From positions 1,666-65,665 of the forward strand of contig JACQQK010000109.1 of assembly GCA_016207065.1 (NCBI GenBank): 64,000 nt of DNA. Direction: 5' to 3'. Shown in pieces: positions 27,094-34,806 of the stretch (positions are counted from its first letter, which is position 1; every line of letters starts with the position of its first letter). The stretch comes from Nitrospinota bacterium (GTDB lineage: Bacteria > Nitrospinota > Nitrospinia > Nitrospinales > JACRGP01). The notes under the pieces are model-generated. The model had not been told where the DNA came from and did not search any database. It saw only the letters and a program-made list of their open reading frames with translations. Made by a program: the position numbers and the translations under genes.

Positions 27094-28302
27094 TTAAAAA
27101 GCCAGGACAAACCCCGCTACCCCCGTATGGGTTTCTTGCGGATGGTTGAAACTTGTTTCTTGCAGGTCGCCGGTGACCTCGAACATGACTTTAAAGTTGC
27201 GCATGATGTAATAGGAGATATTGCCGGTCAACGTTTCCGCGTTCAATACCGGTCTCCCATAAACGCGCGCGTTGTTGTACAAAACCGACAGGATCCAATC
27301 CTCCTTGAACGGATAGGTCACGCCGCCCAAGGCGCCCCAGGAATCGACCCGCCGCGGGACGGAGGCGGAAAAGCCGGGATTGTCGTCCTCCCCGATCAGG
27401 AAATTGCCCCAGACTTTGAAGTCGCTGAACAGGGTGAAAGTGAAATCCGGCCCGGCGCGAAAAAATTCGTTGCGGACGTTGGCGGCGTTGTTCTCGCGCC
27501 CGCTGTAGCCGTAGAACCCGACCCGTTGTTCTCCATATCCCGCCAGAATCCTGCCGTAGAAGTCTTTAAAATTGTCCGAATCGAAGTTCCGGTCGCTGTT
27601 GGCGACGCCGATGCCGTTGCCGTTGACCGCCGCTCCCCAGATCCCCAGGGACAGGTCCGCGGCGGCGGCGAAATTATAGGATATCTCCGCGATCCGGTCG
27701 TAGGTGAGCCGGAACCCGCTGTCGCTGATCGCGGTGACGTAATAAGTGAAGTCCTGAAACGTCAGACGGTGCTCCCGGGGAAAAACGATGTCCATCAACT
27801 GGAACTGGCCCACGCGGACATCCAGGTCGGCGTTTTTGTAGATGTTGTTGAAGTACAGGAAAGCGTCCTCCACGCCGGCAATGTCCCCGTTCTCGGCGGC
27901 CAAGAAAGTAAAATAATAGGCGATGTCTTTTTTCAACGGGGCTCCGGATATGATTTTGATAAGCGACGGGGCCTCCAAATCCGTGTGCGTCCGGGTGTCG
28001 GCGCGGGCCCGGAAGAACGATTCCGCGCGCACCGCCAGGGGAAGGGACGGCAGGAGCAACAGCTTTTCGTCGCCCACCTTGGCCCCATGGGCGGCCATGT
28101 CCTCGTCGGGAAGCTGGTAGCCGTTGGCCGCGAATTGTTCTCCGAAACCGTTGAGCTTCGGGAATCCGACGTGGCATACCACGCAACTCAGGTTATATCT
28201 GCGCGCGAAAGCCGGGATCGCCTCGGCAACTTCCGTAGTTGCGGCAAACAGCAAGAGCGCTAATAAAGTCAAAACAAAAAAAGCGGTTTTACGGCTTGTC
28301 AT
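27094..28302 (-). CDS. Fused monoheme cytochrome c / outer-membrane beta-barrel porin (Cyc2/Cyt572-like architecture)
   Basis: Start at ATG 28302 (GGGAGAG upstream). Signal peptide MTSRKTAFFVLTLLALLLFAATTEVAEA. Single CVVCH 12 residues into the mature protein. About 360 aa of alternating aromatic/Gly-rich strands, and an OMP-type C-terminus GVAGFVLAF. Confidence 0.7.
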   Translation of the reverse strand: MTSRKTAFFVLTLLALLLFAATTEVAEAIPAFARRYNLSCVVCHVGFPKLNGFGEQFAANGYQLPDEDMAAHGAKVGDEKLLLLPSLPLAVRAESFFRARADTRTHTDLEAPSLIKIISGAPLKKDIAYYFTFLAAENGDIAGVEDAFLYFNNIYKNADLDVRVGQFQLMDIVFPREHRLTFQDFTYYVTAISDSGFRLTYDRIAEISYNFAAAADLSLGIWGAAVNGNGIGVANSDRNFDSDNFKDFYGRILAGYGEQRVGFYGYSGRENNAANVRNEFFRAGPDFTFTLFSDFKVWGNFLIGEDDNPGFSASVPRRVDSWGALGGVTYPFKEDWILSVLYNNARVYGRPVLNAETLTGNISYYIMRNFKVMFEVTGDLQETSFNHPQETHTGVAGFVLAF

Positions 28303-28319
28303 GTCTCTCCCTGTTCTAG

Positions 28320-28757
28320 TCATTTCCCCGCGAAGGCGCGGATAAATTGAATCGCGTTCCAGCCTTCCTCCTCGGTGATGGCCGTGCCCACCCGGACCGG
28401 CATGCCCGTCCCCGGGCTTCCGTTTCTCAGGACCCACATGAGTTCCCCATCGGTCCGTAGTTTCTGCCATTTCCCGTCGGTGAAATCCCGCGGGGCGTGT
28501 CCCGGAAAAACGGCGCCCTTGCCGTCCATGCCGTGACAGGTCACGCACAGCCCTTTCCCGAAATAGATTTTCCGGCCCTCCTCGGTCCGTTCCGGAGTCG
28601 CGGGGAAGGGGCTTTCCATTTCCTGGACTTGTTCAAGTATTTCCCTTGGGACCCGCGGCTCGTAGACGTCTTTGTGGAACGCCCACGCCTCCCCCGCGGC
28701 TAAAACAAGGGAAACCGCCAAAGCGGCCGTTAATTTTTTATCGACTCGATCAAGCAT
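28320..28757 (-). CDS. Monoheme c-type cytochrome (paralog 4)
   Basis: Start at ATG 28757 (MLDRVDKKLTAALAVSLVLAAGEAWA signal). CVTCHG and motif DGELMWVLRNGSPGTGMPV shared with the three tandem paralogs. Confidence 0.85.
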   Translation of the reverse strand: MLDRVDKKLTAALAVSLVLAAGEAWAFHKDVYEPRVPREILEQVQEMESPFPATPERTEEGRKIYFGKGLCVTCHGMDGKGAVFPGHAPRDFTDGKWQKLRTDGELMWVLRNGSPGTGMPVRVGTAITEEEGWNAIQFIRAFAGK

Positions 28758-28833
28758 GGGAACGCCAAGCGCCAGGGGACGAGGCAATTCCGCGTCCCCT
28801 GGCAAGAGCGGTTCGATCGCAACCGGCGGCCGG

Positions 28834-29436
28834 TTACTTCTTTTTCTTCTCCATCGGTTTGTCCATGGGCTTCTCCATGGGTTTGCCCTTGGCGCTTTCG
28901 GCGATCTCCTTGCCGATTTTACCATGCAGGGATTCCCAATGGCCAACGGACTGGGCGATGCCCACCGTGCCGTCGGGGATGGGCGCGTCCTTCGGCCACA
29001 AGTGAAAAATGATGCCGTCGGTATTCGACACGTGGTCCGCCAGGCTCTTTTGCTCCTTGGGGTCGGAGGGGTTCATGATGACGACGCGTCCGGTCGCGAT
29101 CTCGGCCTGGTGGTCATGCCAGTTCTGCATGTGGGACCACTTGGGGATGACCGAACGGGCGAGCTTCTTGGAGACCATGTATTCCACCTCGGTCATGCGG
29201 GCGTTGGGCTCCGTGGACTCGAACAGGATGCATTGGATGATGTCGTCGTTGATCGGTTTGCAATAATGATGGAAGGGGCCCATGATCTCGCCGTCCATGA
29301 CGTGGGGGGCGGTGACGTGGATGGTGTAACCGCTCAAGGGGTTCGGGGGGACGTCGCCGGCAAAGGCGGGAGCTACCAGGAAACCAACCAGGAGCAGAGC
29401 GGACATGAACAGCCGGGCAATCTGTTTCGCGAGCAT
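28834..29436 (-). CDS. Secreted DUF1264-family protein with Met/Lys-rich C-terminal repeats
   Basis: SD AGGAGA and a signal peptide. ...GPFHHYCKPINDDIIQCILFESTEPNARMTEVEYMVS...WHDHQ... matches my memory of the DUF1264 (OBAP-like) core. The tail is KGKPMEKPMDKPMEKKKK. Confidence 0.65.
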   Translation of the reverse strand: MLAKQIARLFMSALLLVGFLVAPAFAGDVPPNPLSGYTIHVTAPHVMDGEIMGPFHHYCKPINDDIIQCILFESTEPNARMTEVEYMVSKKLARSVIPKWSHMQNWHDHQAEIATGRVVIMNPSDPKEQKSLADHVSNTDGIIFHLWPKDAPIPDGTVGIAQSVGHWESLHGKIGKEIAESAKGKPMEKPMDKPMEKKKK

Positions 29437-29598
29437 AACGTTTCTCCTCTGGGAAAAGGGATTTTTAACTTGTGGATCGCTGGCAACAACAATTGTCCCA
29501 GGACATTTTCCTTTTCAAAACATTTTCGCCGCGACGCTTTTCATGCCGTGAAAGCGCCGGGCCCGGATTCACGCCAAAAACTCGGAAGAATACTATAT

Positions 29599-29714
29599 GG
29601 GCATCTCTAAAAATTGCTTTTTCTCGAATCCAACCGTTCCTGAAAAAGTTGTAGTTGCCCAATTTATTGGGCTTTTGGAGCGCCTGATGAATCTACAATT
29701 TTTAGAGATGCTCC
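29599..29714 (+). mobile_element. MITE-like element, copy 1 (terminal inverted repeats GGGCATCTCTAAAAA / TTTTTAGAGATGCTCC)
   Basis: 116 bp flanked on both sides by CTATAT (candidate target-site duplication). The reverse complement of 56455-56577 aligns along the whole length. Confidence 0.8.
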
Positions 29715-29846
29715 TATATGATAAAGGGTATCGGGGAGGTTACAACAACTTTTTTTTCGCGAAAAAAACGGGGACCGCCGATCGCGGATTCCAAAGGCGG
29801 TTTTCCCGGACGAGGGAATGCGGGCGCGGGTCTTTTATGGAAACGT

Positions 29847-30389
29847 TCAGGAGCCGGGCCCGCGCACCAGGCGGAGGAACGCGTCTTTTCCCGAAATCTT
29901 GTCTTGATACGTCTGTTCGCCGTCGTCCTTGAAAGAAACTACGATGGCCTTGTCCCCTTTTTCAGCCTGGGTCCAGGTGGCCCACCCGGCCCCTTTCGGG
30001 AAAATAGGGTCGATGAAAATTTTGTCGCCGTCCTTGTCCACGTTCACTCTCTGCCGTTCGTAAAGGCTTTTGGCCTCGTCCGGGGTGGGCAGACGCCAGT
30101 CGGAGTGTCCCGCGAACTTTTTATTGTTCATCCTCTGGGCAAATTCGACGGCGGTATACCAGCTCGCCCATTTGTTCTCCGTCTGCCAGTAATCGTTCTT
30201 CATCCACATCAGTTTGGTTTTGCTGTCCAGGATCGTCCCGTCGCCAAAATCCAAAAATCTCCGGTCGGAGGATTGGGCGACCGGTTTTTTGCTCTTCGCG
30301 GCTTTTGCCGAAACCGGGATTGTTCCTGAAAAGAACGCGAGGCACAAGGCAAGGGCGGCGGTCATGGCAATCCCGGAACGTAGTCTCAT
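29847..30389 (-). CDS. Secreted DUF1566 (Lcl C-terminal domain) protein
   Basis: SD AGGAGG and a signal peptide. ...LMWMKNDYW...WYTAVEFAQRMNNKKFAGHSDWRLPTPDEAKSLY... is typical of DUF1566. Confidence 0.75.
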   Translation of the reverse strand: MRLRSGIAMTAALALCLAFFSGTIPVSAKAAKSKKPVAQSSDRRFLDFGDGTILDSKTKLMWMKNDYWQTENKWASWYTAVEFAQRMNNKKFAGHSDWRLPTPDEAKSLYERQRVNVDKDGDKIFIDPIFPKGAGWATWTQAEKGDKAIVVSFKDDGEQTYQDKISGKDAFLRLVRGPGS

Positions 30390-30542
30390 CTAAAACCTCC
30401 TGCGAAGGGTAAAAGACTTTCGAAGAACGCGTCTGGATTTTTCGAATTTTACAGCGCCTTGATTTTCAAGTAAACGGGATTCCGGCTTGACTGGCCTCCG
30501 CGTTGGGATAAAATATCAGATGACCCTATCGAGGAGTCCTCC

Positions 30543-31190
30543 ATGACGCCCGCCGTTGTTCCGCGGACCTGGTTTCGTCCCGCCGTTTTCGCGTTCGTTT
30601 TCGCCTGTCTTTTGGCGGGCGCCGCTTGGGCGGCGCCCAAGGACAAGGAGCGCTGGGATTCCAAGTACAACCTGGACGTTTATCTTTTCGGCAAGGAGCC
30701 AACGCCCTTCCTGAAACAGAATGCCGGCCTGCTTCCCAAGGGAAAAGCCCTGGACATCGCGATGGGCGAGGGGCGCAACGGAGTCTTCCTTGCCACGCAA
30801 GGTTTTGAAGCGCTCGGGCTGGACATCTCCGAGGTCGGACTGCGCAAGGCCCATGAACTCGCCAGGGAAAAGAACGTCAAGATCGAGACCCGCGTCGTCG
30901 ATCTGGAGAGCGTCAAATTGGAAAAGAACGCCTACGACGTGGTCCTGTGCATGTACTACCTGCAAAGAGACCTGTTCCCCCAGATCAAGGACGCGTTGAG
31001 GAGCGGCGGAATGGCGGTGGTCGAGACCTACAACCCGGACTATCGCAAATACAACCCCAAGTTCCCCAGGCAATACCTCCTTGAAACCAACGAACTGCTG
31101 GAAATCTTCAAGGACTTCAAGATCGTCCGGTATCAAGCCTACGACGACGGCAAGGAAGCCTACTCCAGCATCATCGCGCAGAAACCCTGA
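30543..31190 (+). CDS. Class I SAM-dependent methyltransferase (TehB-like) with an apparent N-terminal signal-like segment
   Basis: KALDIAMGEGRNGVFLATQGFEALGLDIS (motif I). The first ~30 aa are hydrophobic (FAFVFACLLAGAAWAAP). The start is uncertain, with an in-frame TTG inside that segment. Confidence 0.75.
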   Translation: MTPAVVPRTWFRPAVFAFVFACLLAGAAWAAPKDKERWDSKYNLDVYLFGKEPTPFLKQNAGLLPKGKALDIAMGEGRNGVFLATQGFEALGLDISEVGLRKAHELAREKNVKIETRVVDLESVKLEKNAYDVVLCMYYLQRDLFPQIKDALRSGGMAVVETYNPDYRKYNPKFPRQYLLETNELLEIFKDFKIVRYQAYDDGKEAYSSIIAQKP

Positions 31191-31249
31191 CGGGATTTTT
31201 TTTCGACGGCGGATGAACGGAATGTTTCTCGCTTATCAGTCCACCATGG

Positions 31250-31407
31250 TAAGAGCGTCTAATAAAATTTCACATAACTTTCCTCCCCCTTGACGGGGGA
31301 GGTCAGGTGGGGGTGAAAAACCAGCCCACCCTCCCCCAGCCCCCTCCCTCAAGGGAGGGGAGCATTTGTGGGGCCAGACCATCAATTCATTTTGTTAGAC
31401 GCTCTAA
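31250..31407. mobile_element. Complete ~158-bp element with both inverted termini TAAGAGCGTCTAA.AAAAT... / ...ATTTTGTTAGACGCTCTAA
   Basis: Has the same termini as the half-copies at 10784, 12860 and 60853. The interior holds two GC hairpins (CCTCCCCCTTGACGGGGGAGG and CCCTCCCTCAAGGGAGGG). Confidence 0.8.
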
Positions 31408-31415
31408 CAAGATTC

Positions 31416-31556
31416 GTCATCGCGAGCCGCCCACTCGCCGCGGATAATTCCGCCTCGGCGCAAGCGCGAGGCGGCGTTGCCCCCCGGGGGCTTCCCCGGC
31501 GGCGTGGCGATCCAGCATGCTAGACTGCTTCGTCGGCATAGCCTCCTCGCAATGAC
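31416..31556. repeat. Hairpin-module repeat (GTCATCGCGAGC ... CTCGCAATGAC with internal CGCCTCGGCGCAAGCGCGAGGCG hairpin)
   Basis: A longer relative of 4444-4513. Contains the ATG at 31552 that the ORF track uses for the downstream transporter. Confidence 0.8.
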
Positions 31557-31653
31557 GGTTTATGTAGTCCCACCCAATCCCTTGGCGGACCATCCATGTC
31601 TTCCCTGTTATGGACGGCTTAATAACTTTCAACCTCGTTTCGCGGGACTTCCC

Positions 31654-32664
31654 TTGAGAAAGATCGACAAATTTTTTCTGGCCCTGGCGGGCGCCTTCCC
31701 GGCCTGGGTCCTCGGCGGCGCGGCCCTGGCCCTTTGGGAGCCCGCCACGGCGACGTGGTTCCGGCCGGGGTGGATCCCCCTCTTTCTCGGCATCATCATG
31801 CTGAGCATGGGGCTGACTCTGGACTTTCAGGATTTCCGCCGCGTGTTGGAGACGCCCAAATCCGTTTTCCTGGGAGTGGGTCTCCAATACCTGGTCATGC
31901 CCTTCCTCGGGTTCGCCGTTTCCAAGGCGTTCAACCTGCCGATGGATTACGTCATCGGCCTCATCCTGGTCGGTTGCGCGCCGGGGGGGACCGCGTCCAA
32001 CGTGGTGTGTTTCATCGCCCGCGCCAACGTCCCGTTGTCGGTGACGCTGACCACGTGCTCCACTCTGCTGGCGGTCGTCATGACTCCCCTGTTGACCTCC
32101 CTGCTGGTCCAGTCCATTTCCCGGAGTCTTCTGGGCGAAGCCCTCCAGGTGAATACGTGGGGCCTGCTCGTCGATACCTTCCAGGTCGTGATCGTTCCCG
32201 TAACCGCGGGGACGGTCCTGAACCATTATTTTCACCGCTGGGTGAAAAAGATCGAACCGTACGCCCCCCTGCTGGCGGTGTTGTCGATCGTTTTCATCGT
32301 GGACTACATCCTGGCGGCGAAGCGGCAGGAGATCCTGTCCGGCGGCGGCGTATTGATCGCCGCCGTGCTGACCTTGCACGCGATGGGGTTTTTACTGGGC
32401 TATGTTCTGGCCCGGGTGTCGTTCGCGAACGAACAGGACGCGCGAACGATCTCCGTCGAGGTGGGGATGCAGAATTCGGGGTTGGCGACCGAACTGGCGC
32501 GGAGCAATTTCCCGGCGTTCGCATTGGCCACGGTTCCGGGCGCGATTTCGGCCCTGACGCATTGCATTCTCGGAAGTCTGATCGCCGGGCTATGCAGACT
32601 GTGCCCGGCAAAGGACGTGTTGCAAGAAAGTTTGAAGCTGGGGGAGCCGGAGTCCGCGGGGTAA
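31654..32664 (+). CDS. Bile acid:Na+ symporter (BASS) family transporter
   Basis: ...LGIIMLSMGLTLDFQDF...GLILVGCAPGGTASNVV...VEVGMQNSGLA... is typical of BASS. I prefer the in-frame TTG at 31654 ((M)RKIDKFFLALAGAFP...) because the ATG at 31552 lies inside a repeat. The start is uncertain. Confidence 0.8.
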   Translation: MRKIDKFFLALAGAFPAWVLGGAALALWEPATATWFRPGWIPLFLGIIMLSMGLTLDFQDFRRVLETPKSVFLGVGLQYLVMPFLGFAVSKAFNLPMDYVIGLILVGCAPGGTASNVVCFIARANVPLSVTLTTCSTLLAVVMTPLLTSLLVQSISRSLLGEALQVNTWGLLVDTFQVVIVPVTAGTVLNHYFHRWVKKIEPYAPLLAVLSIVFIVDYILAAKRQEILSGGGVLIAAVLTLHAMGFLLGYVLARVSFANEQDARTISVEVGMQNSGLATELARSNFPAFALATVPGAISALTHCILGSLIAGLCRLCPAKDVLQESLKLGEPESAG

Positions 32665-32695
32665 AAGGCGGATCCTTTAAACGGCCCCCCAACTG

Positions 32696-33670
32696 TTATC
32701 CGGCCGGACTCATCACTTTCCGCAGGGTATAGCTGGTATCCACCAGTTGAAAACCGAGTTTCAGATAGAGGTTGTTGGCCTTGACGTTACGCAGTTGGGT
32801 CCCCACGTGAACAAAATCGAAATGGTCCCGCCGGGCCAATTCCAGGACCTTCAGCGTCAAGGCCTTGGCGACGTTTTTGTTCCGCGACTCGCGATGGCTG
32901 GCGAGGAGAATGATGTTTAGGATTCTCAATCCCAGTTCCCGGTTGCATTTTTCGCTGACGGAGTAAGAAACAAATCCGAGAATATTCCCGCTCTTTTCCG
33001 CCAAGAGGACGCGGTCGTCGGCGTTCTTCGCGAAAGAATCCTCAATCCAATTGGCATGCAGTTGGTCCGCCGCGGAGTCGGGGATTTCCGGGTCGGAATG
33101 GAACCGGTCGTAGATGAACGACGTGCAGGCGATGTGTTTCACGGCTTCCATGTCTTCGTCAAGGGGCTCCCGGACGGTCATCCCAAAGCCGTCGCCGCAA
33201 AATGCCGGGGCGTCTTTCAGGGAGAACGACAGGGTCAGCAAACCATCCACCACGTGATATCCGTTTCTTTGCAGGACGCAGATGGCAGGCAGGTCCGAGG
33301 CGTTCGCGCGGAAAAAAACATACCCGTAGGAATTCTTTTTGAAGTCGGTTTCCAGGGACCGGTATAAACGATCGATCCGGGCGGTTTGCGTTTCAAACAA
33401 ATCGCCGGCGGAGATCAGGAAGTTGATTCGGGCGGTTTTATACCCGATGTTCCGGGAATCCCAGGGCGAATCGTTCCACGAGGCAAGGCCGACCAGTTTT
33501 CCCCGCTCGGTTTCGGAAAATAACGGGCGCGGGTTGGGGGCGTCGCGGAGGCAACTCAAAAAATACTCCTCCAGCTTTTTTTCGCCAATCAAACGGCGGT
33601 AGTAATGAAAATGCTTCAGCGGGAAGCGTCGGGCGAGGAGTTCCAGGTCCCCGGGGTCAAAATCGTCCAT
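32696..33670 (-). CDS. Two-domain GNAT N-acetyltransferase (WecD-like)
   Basis: C-terminal GNAT core ...NKNVAKALTLKVLELARRDHFDFVHVGTQLRNVKANNLYLKLGFQ. ATG at 33670 preferred over the TTG at 33700. Confidence 0.75.
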   Translation of the reverse strand: MDDFDPGDLELLARRFPLKHFHYYRRLIGEKKLEEYFLSCLRDAPNPRPLFSETERGKLVGLASWNDSPWDSRNIGYKTARINFLISAGDLFETQTARIDRLYRSLETDFKKNSYGYVFFRANASDLPAICVLQRNGYHVVDGLLTLSFSLKDAPAFCGDGFGMTVREPLDEDMEAVKHIACTSFIYDRFHSDPEIPDSAADQLHANWIEDSFAKNADDRVLLAEKSGNILGFVSYSVSEKCNRELGLRILNIILLASHRESRNKNVAKALTLKVLELARRDHFDFVHVGTQLRNVKANNLYLKLGFQLVDTSYTLRKVMSPAG

Positions 33671-34691
33671 GTTCTTCCAGTATCGCGACAATCCGGTCAA
33701 TGCCTTGTCCGTCCGTCAGCCCCGCCCATTTTTGGGCCAACGCGCTCAACTTTTCCGGGTTGGCCGCGAGATCGTCCATGAGTCCGGAAAACGTTTTGCC
33801 CACCGCGCCGACCGTTTTGGCGCAGTTCAGTACGCCCCCGGCGCGCCCGTATTTTTCGGCGTTTTCCCTCTGGTGCGGGACCGCCGCGAACACGATGGCC
33901 GGCGCGCCGACAAGGGCCAGTTCGCTTAGCGTGCCGGCGCCCGCGGCGGACACGACGAGGTCCGCCTGGCCCATATATTTCGGCAGACAATCGGCCCCGC
34001 GCAAAATTTCAACATCCAGGTTCGACCGGGCCCATCTCTCCTTGACCGCTTCATGATTGGGACAGCCCGGGCCAAGGACCAAGGTCAAATCAAAATGGCG
34101 GGAAGAGTTCTCGAAATAGTCCAGGACCTTGACGGAAAAATTAGCGATGTCCGTCCCGCCAAAGGTAAGCAAAACTTTCCTGAGATGGCCGCGATACTTC
34201 CAGGAACCGGCATGGGGCAGGAAATCGGGGGAGGACATAAGATATTTTGGGCCCTTGTAGACCTTGCATCCCATTTCCGCAAATTCCGCATTGGACAGGG
34301 AGTTCCTTATGCCCTGGAACGCCAGGTCAAAATGGACGAATCTCCCCTCGGGAACGTCCATGCCCACATAAAGCGTTCCCGGAATTTTCGCCAAACCGGA
34401 CCAATAGGCGTCGGCCCAATCCCAATGGTCGATAATTAAAAACGCCGGCCGATGTTTCTCGACCCATTGGTTGAGCCGCGCAACTATTTCTTCCTCCCTT
34501 AACTCGTTGGGAAAAACCTCCAGCGGAAATCCTCCGCCTCGGACCAGGTCGGCCGAGGCGGCGTCCGCCCTGATAAGAAAACGCACGTCTTCCCGGCCTT
34601 TTCCGCGGAGGGCCTCGGCCAACCAAAGGGACTTATAAATATGCCCCATGCCAACCTGGAATCCGCCGTCAACTCTGATTCCAATTGTCAT
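33657..34691 (-). CDS. PseG/SpsG-type UDP-sugar hydrolase (GT28 C-terminal-domain family)
   Basis: MTIGIRVDGGFQVGMGHIYKSLWLAEAL..., FGGTDIANF..., VVSAAGAGTLSELAL... are colinear with my memory of Campylobacter PseG. ATG at 34691 preferred over the TTG at 34736. Confidence 0.75.
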   Translation of the reverse strand: MTIGIRVDGGFQVGMGHIYKSLWLAEALRGKGREDVRFLIRADAASADLVRGGGFPLEVFPNELREEEIVARLNQWVEKHRPAFLIIDHWDWADAYWSGLAKIPGTLYVGMDVPEGRFVHFDLAFQGIRNSLSNAEFAEMGCKVYKGPKYLMSSPDFLPHAGSWKYRGHLRKVLLTFGGTDIANFSVKVLDYFENSSRHFDLTLVLGPGCPNHEAVKERWARSNLDVEILRGADCLPKYMGQADLVVSAAGAGTLSELALVGAPAIVFAAVPHQRENAEKYGRAGGVLNCAKTVGAVGKTFSGLMDDLAANPEKLSALAQKWAGLTDGQGIDRIVAILEEHGRF

Positions 34692-34806
34692 AGGAGGGGG
34701 TACAAAGACATTTTGGAGAATCGTGGGACCGACCAAGATCGCAAGCCAAAATCCAGAAAAGACTTCCTAGCAGGTTGCAGAAAAAACCGCTTTTGGCCCC
34801 AAAATC

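Noticed and set aside
26009-28548. ORFs 26009..26857 (-), 26239..27015 (+), 27127..28263 (+), and the 82-aa N-terminal extension (28303-28548) of the cytochrome-porin ORF
   Set aside because: They are off-frame or antisense to the CCP and the porin. The extension is Arg/Gly/His junk upstream of a good SD, ATG and signal peptide at 28302.
28672-29610. 312-aa + strand ORF and the 63-aa extension (28758-28946) of cytochrome 28320..28946
   Set aside because: The ORF is antisense to DUF1264 and the cytochrome. The extension would overlap the DUF1264 gene, and it precedes a proper signal peptide that begins at the ATG at 28757.
31417-32732. ORFs 31417..32379 (-) and 31734..32732 (+), and the ATG at 31477/31552 for the BASS transporter
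   Set aside because: The two ORFs are off-frame to the BASS gene. The upstream ATGs lie inside repeat modules (31416-31556), so they are unlikely to be genuine starts.
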